In this document: in pieces, positions 29,166-39,789 of the stretch
How positions within the stretch are numbered: the stretch's first letter is position 1
Layout: each line of letters begins with the position of its first letter
Source of the DNA: an uncultured delta proteobacterium
GTDB taxonomy: Bacteria; Desulfobacterota; RBG-13-43-22
DNA length: 64,000 nucleotides
Assembly (NCBI GenBank): GCA_963843145.1
Contig: CAWJJC010000028.1
Coordinates: 704,001-768,000, forward strand
Reading direction: 5' to 3'
Program-made: the position numbers and the translations under genes
The notes under the pieces: generated by a model
The model's database searches: none
Told to the model about the DNA's origin: nothing
Seen by the model: only the letters and a program-made list of their open reading frames with translations

Positions 29166-31610
29166 TTAGGGGGCCTCGATCTCTTGGACGGGGAGCTGAA
29201 CCCGAAAGGTGGTCCCCTGTCCCGGCGTACTATCTACCTTGATCAGTCCCTGGTGGTTATCGATAATGCCGTAGGAAACGGAGAGCCCCAACCCCACCCC
29301 CTTCCCCTCGGCCTTGGTGCTGAAAAAAGGTTCAAAGAGGTTGTCCAGGTGTTCCCGGGGGATGCCGATGCCGTTGTCCCGGATTTCCACCTCGATAAGT
29401 TTTCCTTTGGGCAGGAACCGGCTGGCGACGACCAGGGTACCCCCCTGGGGCATGGACTCCACCCCGTTGATGATGATATTCATCAGGGCCTGCTGAATCT
29501 GCTTGAAATCACAGGTAACCGGCGGCAGATCGGAGCCGAGCTGGCGAAGGAGCGTTACCCCCGAGATCTCAATTTTATGGGTCAGGATGCCCAAGGCCTG
29601 CTCGATAATATCGTTGATCGGAACCGGTTCTTTGCGTACCACCGAGGGCCGGGAAAAGGAGAGCAGGTTCTTGACGATCTCGCCGCAACGGGCGGTTTCC
29701 TTTTCCATAATGGTCAGGAAGCCTTTGATATCCTCCAGCCGTTCCGGGCTGGCCGGACCCTTGGCAAAAATCTTGATCAATAACTTGATATAATTCAAGA
29801 CCCCGGCGATGGGGTTATTGATTTCATGGGCGATGGTGGCCGCCAGTTTTCCCAGAGAGGCCAGTCGGGCCGACTGGATCAGTTGTTCCTGGGTGGATTT
29901 CAGTTCCTCATAGGCCTGTTCAATCTCTTGAATATTCCGGCGGATAACCCGTTCCGCCCGCCGCTGTTCGGTCACGTCCTGCAGGGTGGTGATGGCCGCC
30001 TGGATCCGCCCCTCGGGATCGCGGATCGGAGCGGCCAGGAAGAAGATTTCTCGCCCTCCCTGCCCCAGGGAGGGAAAGAAATCCTCGGCTTGGTAGGCTC
30101 CGGGGATTATGGGCGATTCCTTTAGCCCTTTATCTCCATAATACCGTTTCAAAATAGAGTAATCCTCTTCCAGGATGCCATCGGCCAGAATGGGGCGGGG
30201 TTCCGAATAGAAGGCCTGCCACTGGTTATTCGTGCCGATCAGCTCCCCGGTTTTCTTCCCGGTAAGCAGTTCACAGGCCTTGTTCCAGTGGATGATCCGG
30301 TGAGACCGGTCCACGACAAAAGTGGCTACGGGCGAACCTTCCAAGATCCCTTCAATGGTCTTTTTTTCTTTGACCAGCACCCGTTCGGCTTTTTTTTGTT
30401 CGGTAATATCCTTGATCAGCAACACATAGCCGATGACCTGGGATTGGGAATCCTTGAGCACATTTCCGGAAAGGAGGGCCTCTATCTCCGCCGCTCCTCT
30501 GACTTGTAACTGGGTTTCAAAATCCCGTACCAGGCCGAACTGGCGGATTTGATCCCGGACGGAAAACCAGTCCGAAGGAGAAATAAAAAGGGAAGCCACG
30601 TTAATCGATTCCAAGACCTCAATTTTGGAATTATGGCCGAGGAGCTTTATGCCTGCCAGATTGATATCCAGCAAGCGGCCGGAAGGGTTGGTCAGTAGAA
30701 TTCCATTTTGAGATTCTTGGAAAATAAGCCGGTATTTTTCTTCGGATTTTCGGAAATCATCGGTACGTTCCTCCACAATTTTTTCCAGGTCCTGCGTATA
30801 GCTAGATATGCGATCGCTCATTTCATTGCAGGCCCGGGCCAGGCTCCCGATTTCATCTTCGGTTTCTATCGGAATATAGGTCCTGGGGCCTTTGCCGCCT
30901 ATTTCGAGAGTCCCTTGAAGGAGCCGTTTAATCGGGCGATTCACAAAGAAGAGGATATATCCGATAATAATGGCCGTAATGAATAAAAACAGAACCAGGT
31001 CGAATAAAACGGTGTTAATGATGTTGCGGCGAATCTCCTGATCGATACGGAAGAGGGAGGTGGTTACTTCCAGGAGGCCCAATTTGCGTTCTTTGGGAGA
31101 ATGGGCGTGACAGGGGGCGGTGGAGCAACTGGTTTCATTAGGTAGGGGCGTGATGATGCTGAGCACATGCTCTTGCCCTGTTCCTCTTTCAAACCGAGCC
31201 CGCTGGGAGAGGGACAGTTTTTCCAACGGCACGGAGACCCCGTGGCAGACCGTGCAAGCCGAGTCCTGTTTCGTCAGCGCGGTTCCGATTTCACTGACCC
31301 GAGAGGAATACCTGACTACCCCTTTTTTGCTGAAAACCCGGATGTTTTCGATCCCCTCCTGGCTTCCGAGGGCCTCGACGATCTTGAGTACATGCGGCCG
31401 GTCGTTCAGCAGCATTCCGAAGCGGGTGGCCCGCTGGACGGTTTCACTGAATCGTTCGGCCCGCAGGATAAGCCGGGTGAGCAATTGTTGCCGTAAATCG
31501 CGGATATTAAAAAAGGTAAAGGACCCGATGGACAGGAGCAGGATGAGCCCCACCGAAAAGCCCATTTTCCAGGCCAGGCTTTTTCTAAGGCGTGACACCA
31601 CTGGGATCAA
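29166..31610 (-). CDS. Sensor histidine kinase with periplasmic c-heme motifs, HAMP and two PAS domains
   Basis: Two TM segments flank CTVCH and CSTAPCH; AHEINNP H-box; N, G1, F and G2 boxes (GVGLGLSV). Confidence 0.92.
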   Translation of the reverse strand: MIPVVSRLRKSLAWKMGFSVGLILLLSIGSFTFFNIRDLRQQLLTRLILRAERFSETVQRATRFGMLLNDRPHVLKIVEALGSQEGIENIRVFSKKGVVRYSSRVSEIGTALTKQDSACTVCHGVSVPLEKLSLSQRARFERGTGQEHVLSIITPLPNETSCSTAPCHAHSPKERKLGLLEVTTSLFRIDQEIRRNIINTVLFDLVLFLFITAIIIGYILFFVNRPIKRLLQGTLEIGGKGPRTYIPIETEDEIGSLARACNEMSDRISSYTQDLEKIVEERTDDFRKSEEKYRLIFQESQNGILLTNPSGRLLDINLAGIKLLGHNSKIEVLESINVASLFISPSDWFSVRDQIRQFGLVRDFETQLQVRGAAEIEALLSGNVLKDSQSQVIGYVLLIKDITEQKKAERVLVKEKKTIEGILEGSPVATFVVDRSHRIIHWNKACELLTGKKTGELIGTNNQWQAFYSEPRPILADGILEEDYSILKRYYGDKGLKESPIIPGAYQAEDFFPSLGQGGREIFFLAAPIRDPEGRIQAAITTLQDVTEQRRAERVIRRNIQEIEQAYEELKSTQEQLIQSARLASLGKLAATIAHEINNPIAGVLNYIKLLIKIFAKGPASPERLEDIKGFLTIMEKETARCGEIVKNLLSFSRPSVVRKEPVPINDIIEQALGILTHKIEISGVTLLRQLGSDLPPVTCDFKQIQQALMNIIINGVESMPQGGTLVVASRFLPKGKLIEVEIRDNGIGIPREHLDNLFEPFFSTKAEGKGVGLGLSVSYGIIDNHQGLIKVDSTPGQGTTFRVQLPVQEIEAP

Positions 31611-31706
31611 ATCAGCCTCCCTTGAGGCAGGGTCCGGGGAGATTCGACTGGTTATAAAAAGGGTGGTGGAAGCGGTCTCTAGCCCTTATCTTCTGAGGGC
31701 CTCCCT

Positions 31707-33929
31707 CTAAGTGAACTTCAGGCGGACAGCTCCGGCGGGAAATCCCTCCACAGACAAGATGGGGGACCCGGGATGGTCCGGCCGCGGACAAGGCCACTGC
31801 AGACCGCCTTGTTCCAATCGAGACACGGATAATCCGGCCCAGGCTGGGAGGTTCCGGGCGATTTCATCCAGGGTTTGTTCGGGGGTCAGTCGGGGCCAGG
31901 GGGTCCCCAAGCTGGCGGCCAAGCGGTGCAGAAGATCTCCGGTCCATAACGTTCCCGGTGAGGGCGGGATAGAGGGCTTCAGGAGTTGCACCCGTCTTTC
32001 CACGTTGGTAAAAGTTCCCATTTTTTCGGAGTAGGGTAGGGCCGGGAGGACTAACTCCGCCTGTTCCGCCGCTTCCGAAAGAAAGAGGTCCTGGACGACC
32101 AAAAAGATCCCGGAGGCCTTCAAGGCCGCGGCTTGATCGGGGGAGCAATGGCTGCGACCGGCCGGATCCTCGGCGATGAGCAGCAACCCTTTTAGTTTTC
32201 CAGTCGCGAGGTGGGCCAAAAGATCCAAATTCTCTGGATTGACAGCCCCCAATTCCCAGGCCCCCAGGGTATTGGCTTTAGGCGCCAGGAAGGCCAATCC
32301 GCCGCCGGCTGGCCCCAGGTTTCCGGTGATCAACTGCAGGTTCAGGGCGGATTGAACCAGTTCCCGATCAAAGGGTGTGCCCCCCAGCGGGGGCGGGCAG
32401 ATCAGGGCCAGGGGGCGGTGTTCGACCAGAAAGTCCACAGCCTCTTGAAGCTCTTGGGTTGTCAGCCCCGTCTCTAAGGCGATTGATTCCAAGGTCCGGT
32501 CTGCCAGGGTCGATTTCAAGTCTTCGATCCCGGTGGTCTGCCGTTCAACCAAGGGGGCGTCATAGTGCTGTCCCAGAATCAGGGCGTTCAATAAACCCTG
32601 GATCAGGGCGGCCTCCGTTCCCGGCTTTGGGCCGAGCAAGAGTTCGGCCTGTCGCCGGAAGGTTCGGGGCACCTCATCGATGACCAGCAAGTGGGCGCCT
32701 TTTTGAACGGCCTGGCGAACCTTGATCCCCACTATGGGATGGGTTTCCATGAGTTGCGAGCCCAGCAGGATGATTCCCGCGCTGTTCATCAGATCGTCCG
32801 TCGGGTTGGTCATACCGCTGAGGCCCAACCGTTGAGTCAGCGTTTCCTGCACCGGGGCCCAGATTTCCGAGCCGGCGTGGTCGATCTGGGATGTTCCCCA
32901 GACGGTGCGGGCAAATTTTTGCCAGAGATAAAGTTCCTCGTTGGTCAGCACCGGGGAGAGCCGCAGGCCCAAGGATTCAGGACCGGATTGGGCTATCAGG
33001 GTTTTGGTTTTATCGGCCAGAAATTCCAGGGCCTTTTCCCAGGGAACCTCAGTCCAAGCCCCTGCCTGTTTCAGCAGCGGGGTCTTCAGGCGTTGAGGCG
33101 AATTCAGATAGGCGTATTCAAATCGGCCCTGACGGCAGAGGGCCCCCTGGTTGGCCGGAGAACTGAAATTAGAAGTTATTTTGATCAGTTCCTGATCTTT
33201 GCTATTGAGGTCGAAAACACAGCCGCAACCGCAGAGCGGACAGACGCTCTGGGTCTTGCGCATCTCCCAGTTTCGGCCCCGGCCCCGGGGTAGTTTTTCG
33301 GAGAGGGCATCCACCGGGCAGAGGGCCACGCATTGGCCGTCAAGTTCGCACCCGGATTGGCCCAGGATATTGCCGAAGGCGGTTGAAATCCGTTGATTGA
33401 ACCCCCGGTCGGCTTTAGTCAGCACATGGGCGCACTGCATTTCCGAGCAGGCCCGGATACAGCGCCGGCAGAGTATACACTTGTTCAGGTCCCAATGGAT
33501 ATAGGGATTGGGATCGTGATCCACCGGGTAACTATGGGTTTGTCCGGAGAGAGAACTTTCCTTGATCCCGTATTCATAAGCCAGATCCATCAATTCACAG
33601 CTTCCGGCGGCATTGCAGGTCAGACAATCCAGGGGGTGATCGGAGAGGATCAATTCCAGAACATATTTTCGGGCCTTGATGACCGGATCGGTATCTGTTT
33701 CAATAACCATCCCTTCCCGGGCCGGATAGACACAAGCGGCCACCAGGGAACTCCAGCGCCCACGGACCATTTCCACCACGCAAAGGCGGCAGGATTCCTC
33801 AGGCGGCAGGGCCGGGTGATAACAGAGGGTGGGGATGCGAATATCGGCCTTGCGGGCCGCCGTCAGAATAGTATCCCCGACATCGGCCTCGACGGACCGG
33901 CCGTTGATGGTTAAGTGAATCTTGGACAT
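31707..33929 (-). CDS. NuoG/FdhA-like Fe-S subunit lacking the Mo/W ligand
   Basis: [2Fe-2S] IPTLC..CRLC..C; HPLDCLTC..C; CILCRRCIRAC; CELDGQCVALCP; CPLCGCGC..C; DHAGSEIW replaces the FdhA DxCARxC/UH motif. Confidence 0.85.
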   Translation of the reverse strand: MSKIHLTINGRSVEADVGDTILTAARKADIRIPTLCYHPALPPEESCRLCVVEMVRGRWSSLVAACVYPAREGMVIETDTDPVIKARKYVLELILSDHPLDCLTCNAAGSCELMDLAYEYGIKESSLSGQTHSYPVDHDPNPYIHWDLNKCILCRRCIRACSEMQCAHVLTKADRGFNQRISTAFGNILGQSGCELDGQCVALCPVDALSEKLPRGRGRNWEMRKTQSVCPLCGCGCVFDLNSKDQELIKITSNFSSPANQGALCRQGRFEYAYLNSPQRLKTPLLKQAGAWTEVPWEKALEFLADKTKTLIAQSGPESLGLRLSPVLTNEELYLWQKFARTVWGTSQIDHAGSEIWAPVQETLTQRLGLSGMTNPTDDLMNSAGIILLGSQLMETHPIVGIKVRQAVQKGAHLLVIDEVPRTFRRQAELLLGPKPGTEAALIQGLLNALILGQHYDAPLVERQTTGIEDLKSTLADRTLESIALETGLTTQELQEAVDFLVEHRPLALICPPPLGGTPFDRELVQSALNLQLITGNLGPAGGGLAFLAPKANTLGAWELGAVNPENLDLLAHLATGKLKGLLLIAEDPAGRSHCSPDQAAALKASGIFLVVQDLFLSEAAEQAELVLPALPYSEKMGTFTNVERRVQLLKPSIPPSPGTLWTGDLLHRLAASLGTPWPRLTPEQTLDEIARNLPAWAGLSVSRLEQGGLQWPCPRPDHPGSPILSVEGFPAGAVRLKFT

Positions 33930-33945
33930 GAGTGCTTTCCTTGTC

Positions 33946-34674
33946 TTAGATCATCCCGCAGACCCCGGCGGGACAGCGCTTCTCCCGAAGGTGGGCCTCG
34001 AATTCTTCCCGAAAATAATGAATAATGGCGACGATGATCTTGGAGGTCTTCCCGGCAAAACTGCAATAGGCGGCCTGGGTCATCAGGCTGATGAGGGTCT
34101 CAATTTCCTGGAGGGCGCTCCCGCCGGCCCGGCCCCGGGTTATGGCCTCGACCACCTCTCCTAAACGCTTGATCCCCAATCGACAGGGAACGCACTTACC
34201 GCAGGATTCTTCCGCGTGGAACTGAATCAAATAGCGGGTCATCTGGACCATGCAATAGGAGGAATCCAGGGTCATGATGCATTCGGATTCTTTTTCCCAG
34301 ATCAGATCGCTGCGGATGGATTGTAAAGGATCCAGTCTCAGGATGGGGAAAAGGATTTTTCCTCCTATCAGGGTATCCTTCAGGATATAGGGGATGTGTC
34401 CGGGCTGGACCTGCTGATAAAAAAGGCCCAGTCGGGGAAGACTGACATAGGGGCCCTTCCGGCAGGTCCCGCGGCAGCCTATCTTGGCTGGTTCCAGTTG
34501 CAGGGGAAATTGAAGCCTTTCGGCCTCCTTTTTCAACCCGGCATACAGCGCAAAACTCCCGCAGGGCAATTCCGGTTGATGCCCCCCGCAAACCGTCAAA
34601 TGCGGTTTTTCCACGGGGGTCATTAAACCGAGGGGTTTCTGGGGCTTGGTCGTTCGGGTCAATGGTTCCGCCAT
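33946..34674 (-). CDS. Mini NuoF/HydB-like protein: thioredoxin-like [2Fe-2S] domain plus C-terminal [4Fe-4S] domain, no FMN domain
   Basis: VCGG.....PC...GCRGTC..GP, then directly CMVQM..Y...[14 protein letters not shown]...C...AH..EKRCPAGVC. Confidence 0.8.
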   Translation of the reverse strand: MAEPLTRTTKPQKPLGLMTPVEKPHLTVCGGHQPELPCGSFALYAGLKKEAERLQFPLQLEPAKIGCRGTCRKGPYVSLPRLGLFYQQVQPGHIPYILKDTLIGGKILFPILRLDPLQSIRSDLIWEKESECIMTLDSSYCMVQMTRYLIQFHAEESCGKCVPCRLGIKRLGEVVEAITRGRAGGSALQEIETLISLMTQAAYCSFAGKTSKIIVAIIHYFREEFEAHLREKRCPAGVCGMI

Positions 34675-34683
34675 GATGGTTCG

Positions 34684-37600
34684 TTACTCCGCCAAGTCGC
34701 AGCGCAGGCAGCGTCGGGCCTCGTCCATCGCCTGCTTCTCGCTGAGACCCAATTCGGCCTCCTGAAAATTCGTTGACCTTTCCTTGACCGGGACCAGGCC
34801 CATCTCCGGGCGATCCGCAGGGAGGGCTTCCCCTTCGGGAACGATCGCTTTTTCCAACCGCAACCGGGGCTTGGAGGCTGGGAACTTATTTTCCTGGCCG
34901 GAGAGAAAGTTGTCGATTGACCAGGCGGCCCGTTTGCCGACGGCCACGGCCTCAATCACTGAAGCCATCCCGGAAATCAGGTCCCCCCCGGCGAAGACAC
35001 CTGGAATCTGGGTTTGCAGGGTTTCTGGATCCACAGCCAGGGTCTGTCCGCCGGTTACCGCCAGGGGAGCGATGGGGGACAGGAAGGAAAGATCCGGCTT
35101 CAGACCCACGGCGGTAATCACCATCTCGGCCGGCAGAATGAACTCCGTGCCTTCCTGGGGCAGGATCCGCCGGCGTCCGCTGGTATCGGTGCTTAGCGGT
35201 TCAAGCCGCAGGCACTCCAGGCCGCTCACCCGATGATTTTTGGCGATGATTTTTGTGGGGGTGGTCAAGAAATGAAACTGCACTCCTTCCTCCCGGGCCG
35301 CCCTGAGCTCCAGGGGATCGGCCGGAAGATCCTCCTCCGTGCGCCGGTAGACCAGATGGACCGTGGCCCCCAGGCGGATCGCCGCCCGGGCGGCATCGAC
35401 GGCCTCATAGCCGCCGCCGACCACGGCCACCCGCTTTCTGGCCAGGGGCTCAGGGGAGTCGTTGACCTTTTTGAGAAAATCCAAGGCGTCCATGATCCCC
35501 TCGTAGAGGTTTTCTCCGAAGACGCCCATCTCCAGTCCCTGATGGGCACCGGTGGCCAGGAAGAGGGCTTCATAGCCCTCGTTCTTCAACTGCTCCAGGG
35601 AGAGATCTTTCCCGACCGGGGTCTGGGTCTTGACTTCGATTCCCAGGGCCAGGATATACTGAATATCCCGCTGGAGATGCTCCCGGGGAAGACGGAATTC
35701 CGGAATGGCCAAAGCCAACATCCCTCCCAGGACCGGGGAGGCCTCGAAGAGGGTAACCGGATAGCCTTTTTTGGCCAGAAAATAGGCCGCGGACAATCCA
35801 GCCGGCCCCCCGCCCACTACGGCCACTTTTTGCGATCGGGTTTTCGGAACCGGCGGGGGCAGGACCAGAGGCCGGGTACCTTCGAAATCGGAAATGAAAC
35901 GTTTAAGCTGCATGATGGCGATGGGAGAATCCACCTCGCCCCGGGTGCAGGTGACCTCGCAGCCATGATTGCAGATACGGCCGCAGACGGAAGGGAAGGG
36001 GTTGTCGGCCCGGACGATTTCCAGGGCTTGCTCGTAATGGCCGGAGGCGGTCAGGGCCACGTAACTGGCCACATCAATCCCGGCCGGACAACCTTTCTGG
36101 CAGGGGGCGGCCGCCAGGCGCCGGCAGACGCCGGCCGGGCATTCCTTATCCCGGATGTGGGCCTCGTATTCCTCCCGGAAGTATTTGATGGTGGACAGGA
36201 CCGGGTTGGCCGACGATTTGCCCAGTCCGCAAAGGGCCGCCTCGGTGATGGTCCCGCCCAAGGCCTGCAGCCGTTCGATATCGCCTTCCTTTCCCTGACC
36301 TTGGCAGATGCGGGTCACGATCTCATGCATGCGCTTGACCCCCAACCGGCAGGGCACGCACTTGCCGCAGGACTCTTCCTCCAGAAAGTGCAGAAAATAA
36401 CGGGCCATATCCACCATGCAGGTTTCTTCGTCGAGGACGATCATCCCCCCGGAACCCATCATGGAACCGGCTTCTTTTAATTTTTCGTAATCCACCGGAA
36501 GGTCAATCAGGGCGTTGGGGATACAGCCCCCCGAGGGGCCGCCGGTTTGGACCGCTTTGAATGTTTTGCCCTTGGGAATGCCCCCGCCGATCTCGTAAAT
36601 AATCTTCCGCAGCGGGGTGCCCATGGCCACTTCCACCAAGCCGGAGTTGTTTATTTTCCCCACCAGAGAGAAAATCTTGGTCCCCTTACTGCGCTCAGTG
36701 CCGATGGAGGCATGCCAAGCCCCGCCTTGGTTGACAATCAGGGGAACGGTAGCCCAGGTTTCGACGTTGTTCAGGTTGCTCGGACGGTTCCACAGCCCCT
36801 TTTCGACCGTATGGATATGTTTGCCGCGCGGTTCCCCCACCTTCCCCTCCAGGGAGGCCATGAGGGCGGTGGATTCTCCGCAGACGAAAGCCCCGGCCCC
36901 GCGGGTGACAAAAATTTCCAGGCTGAAGGGGGTGCCCAGAATATTCCGGCCCAGAAGCCCCAATTCTTTAGCCTGCTGGATGGCCCAGAGGGCATTTTTT
37001 GTGGCCAGGGGGTATTCATAACGGCAGTAAATGTAGCCTTCCACGGCCCCGATGGCATAGGCCCCGATAATCATTCCCTCAATGATTTGATGGGGATTTC
37101 CCTCCAGGAGCGCCCGGTCCATATAGGCCCCGGGGTCCCCCTCGTCGGCGTTGCACATCACATATTTAATGGCGCCTTTGGCCTTCCGGCAGGATTCCCA
37201 TTTGGTCCCGGTAGGAAAACCGCCCCCCCCTCGGCCCCTGAGGCCGGAAAGCTTGATTTCTTCGATGAGTTCTTCGGGTGTCGCCTCGGAGAGGGCCTTG
37301 ACCAGTCCGGCATACCCGCCCCGGGAGATATAGTCCTCGATATCCGAATAGTAAGTTCCTGCCGGAGTCCCGAGAGACGATCTGTTCCTGGTTGGCGTAA
37401 AACGGAAGGTCCGCTTCGTGAACGATTTTCTTTCCGTCGGCCGGGTGGGTGTAGAGGAGTTTTTCGATGATTTCCCCGCCGATCAGCGTCCGCTCCACGA
37501 TCTCGGGGACATGGCGCAGACGGAGTTTTTCATAAAAGATGTTTTCCGGTTCAATTACGGCAATCGGACCCCGGGAGCAAAAGCCATGGCAACCGGTGGG

Positions 37601-37792
37601 AGTGACCCAGAATTCCTCCTGCAGCCCCTTTTCAACTATCAGGTCCTGGAGGGCCTTGGCAATCGCTTCTCCCGCATGGGAAGCACAGGCCGGTCCAGCG
37701 CAGACCCGAACCCGTTTCTTTATCCGCTCCCGGCGTTTGAGAATATCCTGGCGGAAGATTTCCAGCTCTGCGGGATTATTAAGACGATTCAT
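34684..37792 (-). CDS. nuoF: NuoF/HydB-like flavoprotein fused to a GltD/NfnB-like FAD-NADPH domain; +1 frameshift near 37355
   Basis: CAGPAC..GCHGFC; [13 protein letters not shown]; [14 protein letters not shown]; GAGAFVCGE; GGPSGGC; ESCGKCVPC; then [46 protein letters not shown]. Confidence 0.9.
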
Positions 37793-37802
37793 GGTGGTTC
37801 GG

Positions 37803-38294
37803 TTAGCCCTCTTTCTTTACTAATTCTTTGATCAATTCGCAAACTTTGTTGGGAGTCATCTCACTGTGCGTATCATCATTTACCCGGACAATCGGGGCCG
37901 AAGCACAGGCACCGACGCAGTTGACCGTCTCCAGCGTAATGGCCAGGTCCGTCGTGGTCTCACCGGGTTTCAAATGCAGTTCTTTGTCCAGACACTCAAT
38001 CAAACGCTGGGCCCCTTTGACGTGGCAGGCCGTCCCGGTGCAGACATGGACCAGAGTCCGCCCGCGGGGGGTGAGGCTGAAGACTTTAAAAAAAGTCGCT
38101 ACACTGAAAACCTGACTGATGGGCAGTTTCACCTGTCCGGCCACCCAAACCAGGCTTTCCTGAGGCAGGTAATGAAAATGCTGGTTGATATCCAACAGGA
38201 TTTGAAGGACCGAGGCTGGCCGCGCCCCTTGTTCGGCCACGATGGCCGAAAGCGTTTGCAGGTCCTTTTCCGAAAGTTGTTTTTCGACTGCCAT
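37803..38294 (-). CDS. nuoE: NuoE/HydC-like [2Fe-2S] subunit
   Basis: VATFF..F...PRG...VCTGTACHVKG...VNCVGACASAP. Confidence 0.93.
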   Translation of the reverse strand: MAVEKQLSEKDLQTLSAIVAEQGARPASVLQILLDINQHFHYLPQESLVWVAGQVKLPISQVFSVATFFKVFSLTPRGRTLVHVCTGTACHVKGAQRLIECLDKELHLKPGETTTDLAITLETVNCVGACASAPIVRVNDDTHSEMTPNKVCELIKELVKKEG

Positions 38295-38312
38295 AATTAA
38301 ATGTCCATTCTC

Positions 38313-39740
38313 TTAGGAAATGAGGCTCTTACAGGCCGTTCGGGCCAGATCGAAGAACCAGGTGGGGAGCGTCCCCAAAAGAATGATGGCCAGGATCAAA
38401 CCCACGTTCAATAGTTTGCCGGAGAGCGTCAAGGAAATATTCGGCCGTTCGTCCGGATCCTGCCCGTAGGCCGAGCGGACCATATTTAAGTAGAAGAAAA
38501 TGGAGATGGCCGTATTGACGGCGGCGAGGATCACCAGCGCCAGGTGGCCCGCCTTTAAGGCGGCGGTAAATAGAAAAAGTTTTCCGGTAAAACCGGCCGT
38601 GGGAGGGATGCCGGCCAGAGCAAAAGCGCCCACCGCCAGGGTAAAAGCCAGGAGCGGCGACCGTTTATAGAGGCCGGAGAGGTCGGCCAGGCTGATATTC
38701 TCCCCCTGCCGGGAGATGAAACAGATGACCGAGAAACAGGCCAAGTTCATCAGCAGGTAGGCGGTCATATGGAAAAAAGCAGCGGCATAGCCATTGCTGT
38801 TCAACGTCAAAACGCCCAGGAGTATATATCCGGCATGGGCAATGCTGGAATAGGCCAAGAGGCGTTTAATATCCCGCTGGACCAGGGCCACCAGGTTGCC
38901 GAAGGTCATGGAAACCGCCGCCAACAGGACCAGGATCTGAACCAGGTCGAGGTTGTCGGGACCGCCCAGACTGACCATTCGCAGCAGCAGGGCCAGGCCG
39001 GCGAGTTTAGGCATGGTGGCGATAAAGGCGGTGGTTTCGTTGGCCGCGCCCTGGTAGACGTCGGGCGTCCAGAAATGGAAGGGGATTACCGCCAGTTTAA
39101 AGAAGAAACCGCTGAGCACCAGGAGCAGACCGACTACGCCCAGGGGGTGGGTCAAGACCAGGGGCAATTTCTGGATGATCACCGTGAGGTAGGTGGATTG
39201 GGTCAGTCCGAAGAGATAGCTCATGCCGAAGATCATGACCCCGGTGGCGGCGGCCCCGAAAATGATGTATTTGATGGCCGCTTCCATCTGGTGCCCGGAA
39301 TTCTGCTTTCGCAGAGGAATCAGGATATAGAGGGAATAGGAGGACAGTTCCATGGCGACAAAGATGGTCAGAAGTTCCACGCTGCTGACCAGGAGCGTCA
39401 AACCCAGGGAGCTTAAGACCATCAACATGAAATATTCGGGATGGAGTCGGTCGTCGATACTTATTAAATCACGACCGATAAAGATTACCAGGAAGAGCCC
39501 GAGCTGAATCAGGACCTTGAAGGCCTGGGAAAAGAGGTCCACCCGATAGGCGTGATAAAAAAGCTCGCCGGATAAGGGGAGAGACAAAACGCTGATCGCC
39601 ACCCCGGCGGCCGATAGCCAGAGGGCCAACAGATGGGTCACCCGGACCGGCGATGGCCATAAGGATCGGACAAAGAAAAGCAGGGCCAAAAAGAGTAGAT
39701 AGAGCTCCGGTAAAAATAGTTTAAGGTCCGATAATCCCAT
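38313..39740 (-). CDS. nuoN: Complex I subunit N
   Basis: ELSS...Y.L, EAAIKY, FKLAVIPFHFWTPDVYQGA, KRLLAYSSIAHAGY. Confidence 0.92.
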   Translation of the reverse strand: MGLSDLKLFLPELYLLFLALLFFVRSLWPSPVRVTHLLALWLSAAGVAISVLSLPLSGELFYHAYRVDLFSQAFKVLIQLGLFLVIFIGRDLISIDDRLHPEYFMLMVLSSLGLTLLVSSVELLTIFVAMELSSYSLYILIPLRKQNSGHQMEAAIKYIIFGAAATGVMIFGMSYLFGLTQSTYLTVIIQKLPLVLTHPLGVVGLLLVLSGFFFKLAVIPFHFWTPDVYQGAANETTAFIATMPKLAGLALLLRMVSLGGPDNLDLVQILVLLAAVSMTFGNLVALVQRDIKRLLAYSSIAHAGYILLGVLTLNSNGYAAAFFHMTAYLLMNLACFSVICFISRQGENISLADLSGLYKRSPLLAFTLAVGAFALAGIPPTAGFTGKLFLFTAALKAGHLALVILAAVNTAISIFFYLNMVRSAYGQDPDERPNISLTLSGKLLNVGLILAIILLGTLPTWFFDLARTACKSLIS

Positions 39741-39789
39741 TTCTTATTCCATCCCAGGTCCTGTAATTGCTTTCCAGAGAAAAGGTTTC

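Noticed and set aside
31707-37792. Selenocysteine read-through explaining split ORFs (selA is nearby)
   Set aside because: The nuoF break is a frame change, not an in-frame TGA, and the FdhA-like protein has no TGA at the ligand position
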